DNA of 64,000 nucleotides from Sphingobacteriales bacterium (GCA_016719635.1 JADJYT010000016.1:64829-128828), one strand, 5' to 3'; positions 19,570 through 29,485 are shown, counted from the first letter of the stretch. The notes: generated from the letters alone by a model not told the origin. A program made the numbers and translations.

Positions 19570-21042
19570 ATGAAAAAAATAAAAATAAACCCTATAGTAT
19601 TTTTTATTACTTTTTTATCCCTGAATTCAGCATGCACAAAAACACTAGACGATATTTCTAATATCACAGACTCGAACCAATTAAGCAAACCATTAAATGA
19701 AGAGGCAATTATAAATGCCAGAAAGGCAGTAATTGACTCATTCTTATACTTTGCAAATTTAGTTTCACCAAGCAGAGATATTGACAACTTTGATAATATA
19801 TATGGTGATTTACAAGAAGTTAATGTATGGAAAAACACCATTGAAACAACTACTAGCGGTGGTGGTGGTAACAACGGTGATTGTTATGAACTTCCTGCTT
19901 GCAATGGAATTACTTTTCCACTTCAACCCGGGTGGGCTTGTGATGTAATTCCACCCAAAGACACATTCAATAATATAATTAATGCATTTGGTCAATATGG
20001 AACAGATATTCGGCAACAATATGTGGTACATTATCCCGCAAATAAAAATTCAAGCTCGCCAATTATTATATTAGTGCATGGTGGTGGTTGGTTTAGTGGC
20101 CCAAACCCAGATGAATTATTAGGTTGGCATTTTGGTTTTACGACTAACAAACCTAATAACTTTGTAAAGAATTTATTAGACAGTGGTTTTGTTGTGGTAA
20201 ACCTTTTATATAGACTAACACGGTATGGTGATGTTGATGCTGATATTACAACAAATCCAATTCCAATTCAAGACCAAATTAGTGATATTAACTCTGGCAT
20301 ATTGCATATCCGTAGCAACTTTCCAACATGCCTCGGGTTAAATGCAAATAGTATACAAGTTTTAGGTGAGAGTGCTGGTGGTCATCTTGTTTTATCCTGG
20401 GCTTATGCCAATGCTAGTACATCTTACATAAAATCCGTGGTATCTATGTATGCTCCAACAAATATGCAACAATATGGTAACTACTTAAAAAACATACCTA
20501 CGTATGCAAATTTTACATGTGGTAACGCTTTTAATGGGTTTCCATGGTATTTCCCGATTGTAAATATATACAATCCTTACATGGTATATAATACAACAAA
20601 TTTTAACTGTCAAGCCTTAACTTATCCTAATTCAAGAGTATTGCAGTCATATAAACTTATTCAAAGTTTAGTAAAGACTATAATTTCAGCACCACTTAGT
20701 TCATCAGAATTATTCGATGTATCGCCGTGTAATATCTTGAATTCAGCCAGGATTATCCCAACTTTTATTATGCATGGAAAAAATGATGTATTTGTTCCAA
20801 AGAATCAAGCCACTAATAAAATGGATACGACCCTAACGAACAATGGAGGATTATTATTTAACATTAATTCCTCTGGCGGAAGCGTACCTACAAGTTATAC
20901 ATCCAATTTAAAACACGGCATTAAATATTATGATTATGCCAATCATAGTTGGGAAACAACCAATACTATCTTTGCTCCACAATCAACCCTTTACAGTCTC
21001 ATTAGAACTGATGCCATCAAATGGTTAAACGGACACAAATAA
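19570..21042 (+). CDS. Alpha/beta-hydrolase lipoprotein (esterase/lipase, HGGG type)
   Basis: 490 aa with a lipoprotein signal (LSLNSACTK). It has the oxyanion motif VHGGGW, the nucleophile elbow GESAGGH and a late MHGKNDVFVP segment. Confidence 0.7.
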   Translation: MKKIKINPIVFFITFLSLNSACTKTLDDISNITDSNQLSKPLNEEAIINARKAVIDSFLYFANLVSPSRDIDNFDNIYGDLQEVNVWKNTIETTTSGGGGNNGDCYELPACNGITFPLQPGWACDVIPPKDTFNNIINAFGQYGTDIRQQYVVHYPANKNSSSPIIILVHGGGWFSGPNPDELLGWHFGFTTNKPNNFVKNLLDSGFVVVNLLYRLTRYGDVDADITTNPIPIQDQISDINSGILHIRSNFPTCLGLNANSIQVLGESAGGHLVLSWAYANASTSYIKSVVSMYAPTNMQQYGNYLKNIPTYANFTCGNAFNGFPWYFPIVNIYNPYMVYNTTNFNCQALTYPNSRVLQSYKLIQSLVKTIISAPLSSSELFDVSPCNILNSARIIPTFIMHGKNDVFVPKNQATNKMDTTLTNNGGLLFNINSSGGSVPTSYTSNLKHGIKYYDYANHSWETTNTIFAPQSTLYSLIRTDAIKWLNGHK

Positions 21043-21050
21043 TATCATAT

Positions 21051-21932
21051 ATGAAATTATATATTTATCTGGCTATTACAACAGTAATTCTTTTTTCATG
21101 TAAAAAGAATTGTATATATCCCTATAGCTCATTAAATGGGAAAGTAAAATCAATGACCATTAGTTTACAAGATTCTTCTAAATTCAATATCATTTTTTTT
21201 TACGATACATTAACAGCAAAAATCACAAATATTAAACTCCTCAGGAAACCTCCAGATATTGATTCATTCGGACTAGATGCTGAATTTGTATTTAGATATG
21301 ATAAAAATATAATAACCATAGATGAAATAGGATTAGATAATATTAATATATATCACCAGTACAAAATTCATTTTGATAACTATAAACATATTAATGCATT
21401 TAACACAGTTGATGTTAATTTTAATATGGAAGCCCCATACATGACATGTATTCAGCAAGGCAGTAGAATAGATTCATTTTACGAAAAATATAATTGGCCA
21501 ACAGCGTTCAACAGGCAATGTTATGATTATGTTTTCGATGGTAATAATTATACCGGCTTTAAATTCGAATATGACTGGTATGCCATTTTTGGCGGCAACG
21601 TGCATGTTTTAGACTCCGCAAAGATTAACTATACTAACTTACCCTTTACTTCTTATGCGCCTATGCAGTATATGTATAGCGCCAACACATTATTTAATTT
21701 AGGAGCACCAGGCGAAGTCTTTTATGATATATTGTATTTCCTGCAATTGGAAGGATTTGTTTTTTATACACCAAACAGAAATTTGGTGAATACCATTAGA
21801 ACTTTTGATGACAGCACAAACATTGTTTATATGAATTATGACTTTAATTCTAATAATCAACTTTCTAAATTTTATGTAAATTTCAGAACTCCATCCTTCA
21901 GATTCTTTACCTATACTTTTGAGTATTATTAA
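21051..21932 (+). CDS. Hypothetical lipoprotein (islet cargo)
   Basis: The ATG at 21051 gives MKLYIYLAITTVILFSCKKN, a lipoprotein signal. The protein is very AT-rich and N/Y/F-rich, with no recognised domain. The ORF-track start at 21021 overlaps the upstream gene. Confidence 0.55.
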   Translation: MKLYIYLAITTVILFSCKKNCIYPYSSLNGKVKSMTISLQDSSKFNIIFFYDTLTAKITNIKLLRKPPDIDSFGLDAEFVFRYDKNIITIDEIGLDNINIYHQYKIHFDNYKHINAFNTVDVNFNMEAPYMTCIQQGSRIDSFYEKYNWPTAFNRQCYDYVFDGNNYTGFKFEYDWYAIFGGNVHVLDSAKINYTNLPFTSYAPMQYMYSANTLFNLGAPGEVFYDILYFLQLEGFVFYTPNRNLVNTIRTFDDSTNIVYMNYDFNSNNQLSKFYVNFRTPSFRFFTYTFEYY

Positions 21933-21944
21933 ACTTACTTAGTT

Positions 21945-21964
21945 TTAACCGCTTGTACGGTTAA
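21945..21964 (+). terminator. Hairpin downstream of the islet genes (weak terminator candidate)
   Basis: 7-bp stem ttaaccg / cggttaa with loop cttgta. The trailing sequence is only moderately T-rich. Confidence 0.35.
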
Positions 21965-22030
21965 TAGTTGAATTGAACATCTAAAAACATAGTTATTTTG
22001 TTGATTAGCCAAAACTCCATAGCTCCCGGC

Positions 22031-22060
22031 AGGGTAAAACGTTTGTATTACCTCGATTGA
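22031..22060 (+). repeat. Direct repeat copy 2 (orphan copy of the murF-alr 3' end)
   Basis: Identical to 19429-19458. It lies 3 nt before the stop of the convergent gene at 22064. Confidence 0.95.
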
Positions 22061-22063
22061 TAT

Positions 22064-23311
22064 TTATTCTGAGATGTTACTTTCTTCCGTACCTGATTCT
22101 TTCACCTCCTTTTCCTCGGATATTGCACCCTTTCCTTCCTCTCGTTGGACAGGATTCTCTTGTATTTCAACGGTCAATTCCTCTGTTGGTAATTCTTCTT
22201 CTCTGGCAGGTTCCTCAGCCTGCTGTTCCTGTTTCTTGTTTTGCTGCTCCTGTTCGCGCTTCAGCTTTTCCTGTTCTCGCTTTTCCTGCTGTTTCTTCTC
22301 TTTTTCCAAATCCGCTTTCAGCTGGGCTATTGTCTGCTGTATTCCCAATACTTTCGCTTCCTTTTCCTTCACGGTATCCAGTATGAAACCAAACCGGTTT
22401 TTAATTTCCTCTTCGGTCAGTTTACCTCTGGTATAATGCTGCATCTTTTCCAGCTGCATCTTATAACTATCGGTATCACGCGCCACGGAATCTTTCAGGC
22501 CGGCTAATATTTTTGTCAGTTGGGCAATGCGGTTATTCGTCTTGCTGACGACCTCCGTCATGCGGTACTTGCGCAAATCATCAAAAATTTCATTAATCTG
22601 ATTATACAGATTCTTCTTATGATTCCAGCGGATAGCCGCTTCTTTCAGCTCCGCCTGCATTTTCTTCAGCTCATCGAAAATATGCTTCCACTGATCCGCA
22701 TAAATCAGTTTGGACTGCAGCTCTTCTGTGCGTTTATAATAACTTTTCACCAGAACCGCATTGGCCTGATCTTCATTTTCATGGTTAATTCTTTTGACCG
22801 CTTTCAGCGCCTCAAACACACGGTTGATCTTATCTTTCAGGACAGTGGTCTGCTCCCAGGATATTTCATTTTTTTTCTGATAAGAAGCGATCTTCTCCCA
22901 TTGTGCCTTTGCCTTATCCCACAGGGAGGCATCGTAATCTGCTAGTACGGATGCCTTTTCTTCCAGCAGTTTCACCTCATCGGTCAGCAGCTGATTGATT
23001 TTGGTGCTCATCAGTTTCTTTCCCCATTTGTGCTGCGACTGCAGAACAATATCCGTTCTGTCCACCTTTACATTTTCCGGCAAAATGGTATCGCTGTTCG
23101 CATCCACTTCCCAATGGATGGTATTTTCCGGAAAGGTAAAATCCCCTCCGTTCTTCCATTCCACAAAAAGAGCATCCTGGATTTCTTTGGTGACCTCTTC
23201 TTTAGGAAAAGCGTAGAGATGAATTTTTGCCGTTTCTTCATTCAGGTAGACAGCAATCAGGGCTTTTCTGTCCGTGCCTATTTCTCCCCATAAAACCAAT
23301 CGTGTGTTCAT
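22064..23311 (-). CDS. Helical-repeat/coiled-coil protein with an acidic E/K/Q-rich tail (possibly DUF349-like)
   Basis: The ATG at 23309-23311 (MNTRLVLWGEIG) is preferred over the upstream start at 23413. The protein has repeated W/F-containing helical segments. The C-terminus is EKEKKQQEKREQEKLKREQEQQNKKQEQQAEE. Confidence 0.55.
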   Translation of the reverse strand: MNTRLVLWGEIGTDRKALIAVYLNEETAKIHLYAFPKEEVTKEIQDALFVEWKNGGDFTFPENTIHWEVDANSDTILPENVKVDRTDIVLQSQHKWGKKLMSTKINQLLTDEVKLLEEKASVLADYDASLWDKAKAQWEKIASYQKKNEISWEQTTVLKDKINRVFEALKAVKRINHENEDQANAVLVKSYYKRTEELQSKLIYADQWKHIFDELKKMQAELKEAAIRWNHKKNLYNQINEIFDDLRKYRMTEVVSKTNNRIAQLTKILAGLKDSVARDTDSYKMQLEKMQHYTRGKLTEEEIKNRFGFILDTVKEKEAKVLGIQQTIAQLKADLEKEKKQQEKREQEKLKREQEQQNKKQEQQAEEPAREEELPTEELTVEIQENPVQREEGKGAISEEKEVKESGTEESNISE

Positions 23312-23384
23312 AATATAATCGCAGGTGTAAGTAGCCGGTGACGGATATTCATTACGGAACAACCGGCACATCAATTTTGAAATT

Positions 23385-23418
23385 AAATAAAAACAGTTTG
23401 TATTTCCATACAAACTGT
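23385..23418 (-). terminator. Rho-independent terminator after gene 23443-24126
   Basis: Perfect 11-bp stem acagtttgtat / atacaaactgt with loop ttcc. On the minus strand it is followed by ttttatttaatt. Confidence 0.75.
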
Positions 23419-23442
23419 ATATGCAAAATTAAAGATTATTGT

Positions 23443-24126
23443 TTAATAATTCAAAGAAGCGCGTTTTGATTTAACAGTTTCTATTATTTGCTGTTGTATG
23501 ACAATCTGCTGTTGTTTCGTAGTCTGGTCCACATCATTTTTCTTGATGTCCTGCTCGCGTTGCTGTATCAGCGCCTTCGCTTTTTCAATTTCTTTAATAT
23601 GATCCTCTTTTTTCTTCACGAGGTCTTTCAAATCCCCTGTTAGTCCCTTCAGCACTTTTTCCTCTGATTTCAGCTGGTCGTCGGTCACATCAATGGCACG
23701 GTCTCTGGCAAATTTTTTCAATACCGCTTCCATTCCTGCGTATTGTGATCCATAAGCTGCTGATGTGATAAAGGCACCTCCCAAATCTGTAAAAACGGTC
23801 ACCTTAGAGCCTTTTTCCACCGGTGAAACGATAACATACATATCTACCACATTCGCGCTCACCGTTGGTATTTGAGCATTATCAATGAATATCTCGGGAT
23901 TCTTTTTATCTCTCGCGACTTTCCCTTTCATCTTTTTGCCCCATCTTTCAATGGCGTCTTTGGCACCCTCCTGGTCACTGCCGTTCAGCACGATCTCAAT
24001 ACCATTCTGTTCACCTTTGCTCATAAACTGGCGAACTTCATTTGTGGTAAACACAGTCTGTGCAGACAAGGAGGCAGAAAGAAACAAAGCCGCTGTCAAC
24101 AATAAATGATTAAAATAATTTTTCAT
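23443..24126 (-). CDS. Hypothetical secreted protein with a C-terminal coiled coil
   Basis: 227 aa with a signal peptide (LLLTAALFLSASLSAQ). The C-terminal ~80 aa are K/E/Q-rich heptad-like sequence. Confidence 0.55.
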   Translation of the reverse strand: MKNYFNHLLLTAALFLSASLSAQTVFTTNEVRQFMSKGEQNGIEIVLNGSDQEGAKDAIERWGKKMKGKVARDKKNPEIFIDNAQIPTVSANVVDMYVIVSPVEKGSKVTVFTDLGGAFITSAAYGSQYAGMEAVLKKFARDRAIDVTDDQLKSEEKVLKGLTGDLKDLVKKKEDHIKEIEKAKALIQQREQDIKKNDVDQTTKQQQIVIQQQIIETVKSKRASLNY

Positions 24127-24138
24127 AATAATTTAATT

Positions 24139-26649
24139 TTATTTAATAATATTGGAAACTTTTCCTTTGGTGTACTGCAAAATGAATGCCACAAAATAAT
24201 TCTGCGCCCTGACCTTTTCAAGCACTGCCTTCGCCTCTCCCAAATCATAATACTCTCCCAGTCTGTATATATACTGTTCAAATGATTTTATCCTTTCAAT
24301 TTTTCCCAGATTGCTGAGTTGCGGAAACTCGACATTATCATCCAGGAAGCTGCCAATCTGTATTTTGTAACTTATGTCCGGACGGTTGATGAGTTTAAGT
24401 TTAGCCGGTTTATAGGAATCGGGAATCGGCAGGAAGGCTGTAGTATCTAATTCAAACAACTGTTCTGCAATCTCCGGATTGATAACCTTCTCCGTTTTAA
24501 TTTCCGTCTTGTCAGGCTTTATTTCTTCTGAAAGAACCGGAGGTTTTACAGGAATTTCTTCAGTTTTCTTTTCGGAAACAACTTCTTTCTTCAGTTCATT
24601 TTGAATTTTCGCCGTTCCTTCGGATGATTTAGCTGTTTTGGAATCTAACCAGCTAATCTTAGCCGGTTCATCTTTTGATATTACCTTTAGCAATGAATCC
24701 ACCTTTGACCGTGTAATCGGTTCATTGTGCACCGGTTTATTGATGACCGTTTCAGGCGGACCATTCTGTTCAACTTTAATATATGTGGGCACATTATTCC
24801 TGGCGTATACCTTGTTGGCGGTAGTGGTAAAGGTGTTCCCTGTCAATATATAATCTTTCACCTTAACACTATATTTATCCAGGCCGTAAGTGGATAGTTC
24901 GTCCGTAATCTTATTTTCCTGCCGTTCAAAAATAACTTTGTAATTGTTATTCAATAACAGCTTCAGCTGATACCTGCCGTCTTTATCAATTTCAATCTCC
25001 CGCAATTTCTGAGTAGTGTAATTCACCATCCTCATCTTGACATTCTTTGCCGGTTTATTGGTTGCTCCATCTGTCACCTTACCCGTAAACACAATATAAT
25101 TCTCCAATGACAATTGGTTGGTTGCACTGTTGAGAATGCTGAACTTTGCATTTTGGCTCAGTCGAATCTCTTCAACTATGGAATCCGTGGAATTCTTTCC
25201 AAATGAATTCGGGGTAATCGTTACGGGTTTATAATTGTCTTTTGAAATATTCACCGTGAAATTCTTATCCCTGGCCACTTGAAAAACGGCCCTGCCGTTA
25301 GCATCTGTCACCCCTTCCGTCATCCTGTTATCATTCTTGTTTTCGGAGAGTTTCAGAAAGGCGTAGTCTAATGCATGGCCGCTGGAAGAGTCTGATACCT
25401 GAACGATCAGTTTGAGGTCGAAAGGAATAAACCGGTAAATATCAAATCCTCCCTTGCCTCCGGCTCTGTTGGAAGTCACATACCCCGTATTAATCGCTTT
25501 GTCAAACAGGATACTGACCTCATCGCCAGCCGAATTGATAGGCGCCGGCTGCATCAAAACATCCTGCCAGACATTATTTGCATAGTCAGCCACATATATA
25601 TCATAACCGCCAAAACCTCCATCCCTGCCGGAAGAAAAATAAAGGATGTTGTCTTTTCCATCCTGAACGACGAAGGGACTTATTTCATCGGCTGGTGAAT
25701 TCAGCAATTTCCCCAAATTGGACGGTTTGCTCCAGCTATTGTTTGTCCATGAACTCTTCCAGATATCGAAACCGCCTGAACCATTCGGCAGATTAGATGA
25801 AAAATAAATATCCGCACCGTCAGTGCTGAATGCAGGCTGCCTGAATATATAACCTTCCTGATTAAAGGGCAGCGGTTGAATGTTTAACAGATTACCACCC
25901 AGATTATCCGCTATGTACAATTGTTCATGGGCTTTTGAAGCTTTATTAGCGTTAGCATTATCTGATTTAGCGGCAAATACCACCCTGTTGCCATCTCTGG
26001 AATAAGATAATCCGGTGATGATTAATTTGAGCATATTTGGATTCACGACCCTGACAGGTTCAGCAAAACCATCGTATGCCCTTACCGCCTGAAGTATCCT
26101 GTACTGCGTTTTATCCTCGGGAGCAGAAGGGTTTTGTATGGTAACATAAACGGGGTTGGTTCTGAGTACAGCCAGTTGTATTTCATCTGCTGAAGTATTA
26201 AACGCATAGTTTTCCAGCTTGTAATTATCCGTTAGCGCCGATGCTTTGAGGATGCGTTCACATTGATTCGCCAAATCCATTACCTTATTCACATCACCCG
26301 TCATGGCTGCGTACATCAGATAGGCATCTAACGCTTTCTGATATTCCCCGGTCAACTGGCTGGCATAGGCGTAATTGAATAAATTAATCTTGGAAGAATT
26401 GATCAGTTGAGTTTCTTTATTATACCATTGCATCGCCGCGGTATATTCCTTTTTCTTTACATACAGGTCTGCAATCCTGAAGGCATCCTGCGGATCGCGG
26501 TTTGGGCTGTAATATCTATCCTGGTAATACTGGATCACCTTATCGATTCCACCCTTGGCAATTAATTTGCTGATATACGCTGCATCCCATTTCTTTGCAA
26601 CAGAAACGAGGGACAGGAACATACAAACCAATAGAAATACTCTTCTCAT
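24139..26649 (-). CDS. Envelope protein: TPR + PD40/TolB-like beta-propeller + carboxypeptidase-regulatory-like + C-terminal SPOR-like domain
   Basis: 836 aa with a signal peptide. The N-terminus has TPR-like helices. PD40-like segments recur (GGFDIW, GGYDIY, GGFDIY). A K/E/P-rich linker precedes the C-terminal YKIQIGSF...YRLGEYYDLGEAKAVLEKV segment, which resembles a SPOR domain. Confidence 0.6.
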   Translation of the reverse strand: MRRVFLLVCMFLSLVSVAKKWDAAYISKLIAKGGIDKVIQYYQDRYYSPNRDPQDAFRIADLYVKKKEYTAAMQWYNKETQLINSSKINLFNYAYASQLTGEYQKALDAYLMYAAMTGDVNKVMDLANQCERILKASALTDNYKLENYAFNTSADEIQLAVLRTNPVYVTIQNPSAPEDKTQYRILQAVRAYDGFAEPVRVVNPNMLKLIITGLSYSRDGNRVVFAAKSDNANANKASKAHEQLYIADNLGGNLLNIQPLPFNQEGYIFRQPAFSTDGADIYFSSNLPNGSGGFDIWKSSWTNNSWSKPSNLGKLLNSPADEISPFVVQDGKDNILYFSSGRDGGFGGYDIYVADYANNVWQDVLMQPAPINSAGDEVSILFDKAINTGYVTSNRAGGKGGFDIYRFIPFDLKLIVQVSDSSSGHALDYAFLKLSENKNDNRMTEGVTDANGRAVFQVARDKNFTVNISKDNYKPVTITPNSFGKNSTDSIVEEIRLSQNAKFSILNSATNQLSLENYIVFTGKVTDGATNKPAKNVKMRMVNYTTQKLREIEIDKDGRYQLKLLLNNNYKVIFERQENKITDELSTYGLDKYSVKVKDYILTGNTFTTTANKVYARNNVPTYIKVEQNGPPETVINKPVHNEPITRSKVDSLLKVISKDEPAKISWLDSKTAKSSEGTAKIQNELKKEVVSEKKTEEIPVKPPVLSEEIKPDKTEIKTEKVINPEIAEQLFELDTTAFLPIPDSYKPAKLKLINRPDISYKIQIGSFLDDNVEFPQLSNLGKIERIKSFEQYIYRLGEYYDLGEAKAVLEKVRAQNYFVAFILQYTKGKVSNIIK

Positions 26650-26659
26650 AGTTACCTGA

Positions 26660-29485
26660 TTAATGTGCTTCCAGCCAGTTGGTACCGAACCCTGCCGATA
26701 CCTCTAAGGGTACCTGCAAAGGTAACGCATTTTGCATTTCGTGTATTACAATTTTCTTAATTTCCTCCTTTTCGGGTATATAAACATCAAACAACAGCTC
26801 ATCATGTACCTGCAGGATCATCTTGGACTGCAATTTATGCCGTTTGAAGGCACGATGGATGTTTATCATCGCGAGTTTTATCATATCGGCTGCGGTACCC
26901 TGAATAGGTGCATTGATGGCATTCCGCTCTGCAAATCCGCGTATCGTCCAGTTCCCGGCATTGATATCGCGCAGATAACGGCGTCTGTGCAAAAGCGTTT
27001 CCACATACCCGTTTTTGCGCGCCGATTCAATGGTCGAATCCATATAATTTTTGATGCCGCTGTATTTCTGAAAATACTGCTCGATAAGCGCGGCAGCATC
27101 CGTACGGGAGATGCCGAGACGTTGTGCCAGTCCGAAAGCGGAAATACCATAGATGATACCGAAATTCACCATTTTGGCCTGTCGGCGCATTTCAGCCGTC
27201 ACTTCTGCTAAAGGCACGTTGAAGACATTGGCCGCTGTGGCTGCATGAATATCCAGGTTCCTCTGAAACGCATGTATCATATTTTCATCCTGACTGATAG
27301 AGGCTACTATGCGCAGTTCAATTTGCGAATAGTCTGCAGATAATAACGTATGGTGTTCATCTTTTTGTATAAATGCCTTCCGTATCTTTCTTCCCCGTTC
27401 GGTACGAATGGGTATATTTTGCAGATTCGGATTCGTAGAACTCAATCTTCCTGTGGCCGCAATGGCTTGATTGAAGGTGGTATGCAGGCGATGTGTTTTG
27501 GGGTTGATGAGATTCGGCAGCGCATCCACATAGGTAGATTTTAGCTTGGTAAACTCCCGATAGTCCAGTAATTTTTCAACGATCGGATATTCATGTGCTA
27601 TCTTTTGCAGCGTTTCTTCATCCGTGGAATATTGCCCCGACTTTGTCTTTTTGCCGGGATACGGAATTTTCATCTTCTCAAATAATATATCCCCTAATTG
27701 TTTCGGTGAGTCAATATTGAAATGAGCCCCGCAGGCAGACTGAATCTCTTCCTGCAACTGGACGATATCACCTGCTATTTCTTTGGAATAATCTTTCAGG
27801 AAGCCCGTATCAATTCGAACGCCCTCGTATTCCATATCCGTCAAGACAGAAACCAAAGGTGTTTCTAGGTCGTAAAAGAGTTTATCCAGATGCGTCTGCT
27901 CAATTTCATTTTTAAAGGCTTCATACAACTGATAAGTTACATCGGCATCTTCGGCGGCATATTCTTTTATCTTCTCAAGGGGTACATCCCGCATGGTGCC
28001 CTGTTTAGGTCCTTTTTTGCCAATCAGTTCTTCGATGGAGACGGGTGTATAGCCTAAATAATTTTCAGACAACACATTCATGTTGTGCTTGGTATCGGCA
28101 TCCATCAGGTAATGAGCGAGCATCGTATCAAAGAAAACACCTTTCAGTTCAACGCCATACCACTTCAGCACCAATTGGTCAAACTTGATATTTTGTCCTA
28201 TTTTGACGATTTTTTCGTCTTCTAAAACGGCCTTAAACCAATGAACGATTCCTGTCGCTTCCTCTTGTTTTTCCGGAACCGGGACATACCAGGCTTCATG
28301 ACTCTTGACGGCAAATGACATACCGACCAGCTCACAATTATTGGCCTCCAATGAAGTAGTCTCGGTGTCAAAGGCGAATTTTTCGGAGGTCTGCAACAGA
28401 TGAACTAACTTCTGAATCTTCTCCGGTGTATCCGTTAAGTGATAATGATGTTCGGTATTCTGTATATTTTTTCCGTATGTAACGGATTCCTCTTTCGTTA
28501 CGTTATCTGCTGCAGCGTCCACTGAAAATAAAGAAAACTGTGATTTATCTGAAGACAGAACCGTTTGCTTTTTGGCTGCCACCTCATTGATGGAATAATC
28601 TTCTCCCAGAATTCTTTTTCCCAATGTTCTGAATTCCAGTTCAGCAAAAATGGCTGCTAATTTTTCTTTATCAAACTCTTTTAGAATAAAGTCTTCTTCC
28701 TTCCATTCTATCGGGGCGTCCGTAATAATGGTTGCTAATTTCTTGGAGATGAATGCCATCTCTTTATGCTCCAGGAGTTTCTCTTTCATCGCTCCCTTCA
28801 CACTGTCTATATTTTCATAAATATTCTCGATGGAACCAAACTGCCGTATCAGCATCTTGGCACCTTTCTCCCCTATGCCTCTTACACCGGGAATATTATC
28901 CACGGCATCGCCCCAAAGCCCGAGTATATCGATAATCTGTTTCGGACCGTTGATTTCCCACTTTTTATTCAGGTCCCCCACATTCAACACCTCCGCGGGC
29001 TTCCCCATAAACGGAGGCTTGTGTATGAAAATATTTTCAGAGGCAACCTGGCCTAAATCCTTATCCGGCGAAACGATATAACATTCAAATCCTTCCTTTG
29101 CCGCTTTTACGGCCAGTGTTCCTATCAGGTCATCCGCTTCATACCCTTCGATTTCCACTACAGGCATATTCATGGCACGGATAATGTCCTTGATATAGGG
29201 AATCGCCCTTACAATATCATCCGGCGTTTCCTGCCGGTTGGCCTTGTAAAAATCATGTTCCGCCTGCCTGTCCGTTTGTGCGGCAGCATCAAATACAATG
29301 GCATAATGCGTTGGCTTGTATTTTGTTTTTATTTCCCAGATGGTATTCAGAAACCCGGAAATGGCTGATACATTCAATCCCTTGGAATTGATCAACGGAT
29401 TTTTCTGCATCGCAAAATAGGCGCGAAAGATGAGGGCAAATGAGTCAAAGAGATATAGTTTTTTTATGGTTTGGCCTGAACTCAT
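26660..29485 (-). CDS. polA: DNA polymerase I
   Basis: 941 aa. It has an N-terminal 5'-3' exonuclease region, a 3'-5' exo region (FDTETTSL) and polymerase motifs (DYSQIELR, QVHDEL). Confidence 0.95.
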   Translation of the reverse strand: MSSGQTIKKLYLFDSFALIFRAYFAMQKNPLINSKGLNVSAISGFLNTIWEIKTKYKPTHYAIVFDAAAQTDRQAEHDFYKANRQETPDDIVRAIPYIKDIIRAMNMPVVEIEGYEADDLIGTLAVKAAKEGFECYIVSPDKDLGQVASENIFIHKPPFMGKPAEVLNVGDLNKKWEINGPKQIIDILGLWGDAVDNIPGVRGIGEKGAKMLIRQFGSIENIYENIDSVKGAMKEKLLEHKEMAFISKKLATIITDAPIEWKEEDFILKEFDKEKLAAIFAELEFRTLGKRILGEDYSINEVAAKKQTVLSSDKSQFSLFSVDAAADNVTKEESVTYGKNIQNTEHHYHLTDTPEKIQKLVHLLQTSEKFAFDTETTSLEANNCELVGMSFAVKSHEAWYVPVPEKQEEATGIVHWFKAVLEDEKIVKIGQNIKFDQLVLKWYGVELKGVFFDTMLAHYLMDADTKHNMNVLSENYLGYTPVSIEELIGKKGPKQGTMRDVPLEKIKEYAAEDADVTYQLYEAFKNEIEQTHLDKLFYDLETPLVSVLTDMEYEGVRIDTGFLKDYSKEIAGDIVQLQEEIQSACGAHFNIDSPKQLGDILFEKMKIPYPGKKTKSGQYSTDEETLQKIAHEYPIVEKLLDYREFTKLKSTYVDALPNLINPKTHRLHTTFNQAIAATGRLSSTNPNLQNIPIRTERGRKIRKAFIQKDEHHTLLSADYSQIELRIVASISQDENMIHAFQRNLDIHAATAANVFNVPLAEVTAEMRRQAKMVNFGIIYGISAFGLAQRLGISRTDAAALIEQYFQKYSGIKNYMDSTIESARKNGYVETLLHRRRYLRDINAGNWTIRGFAERNAINAPIQGTAADMIKLAMINIHRAFKRHKLQSKMILQVHDELLFDVYIPEKEEIKKIVIHEMQNALPLQVPLEVSAGFGTNWLEAH

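Larger units (their letters stand above)
19459..22030. mobile_element. Putative horizontally acquired AT-rich islet bounded by a 30-bp direct repeat, with no recombinase gene
   Basis: It is flanked by identical 30-mers. Hand counts of 60-nt lines give about 22-37% GC inside the islet and about 55% in the adjacent alr sequence. It contains two lipoprotein genes. Confidence 0.45.

Noticed and set aside
19459-22030. Search for an integrase, transposase, IS ends or a tRNA target within the islet
   Set aside because: Neither ORF has recombinase motifs (no R..HxxR..Y or DDE pattern seen). There are no terminal inverted repeats and no tRNA. The region is therefore reported only as a putative islet, not as a defined mobile element.
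22057-22507. Several plus-strand ORFs (109, 120 and 88 aa) rich in S/F/L/C
   Set aside because: They are the reverse frames of the E/K/Q-rich tail of gene 22064-23311, a low-complexity mirror artefact.
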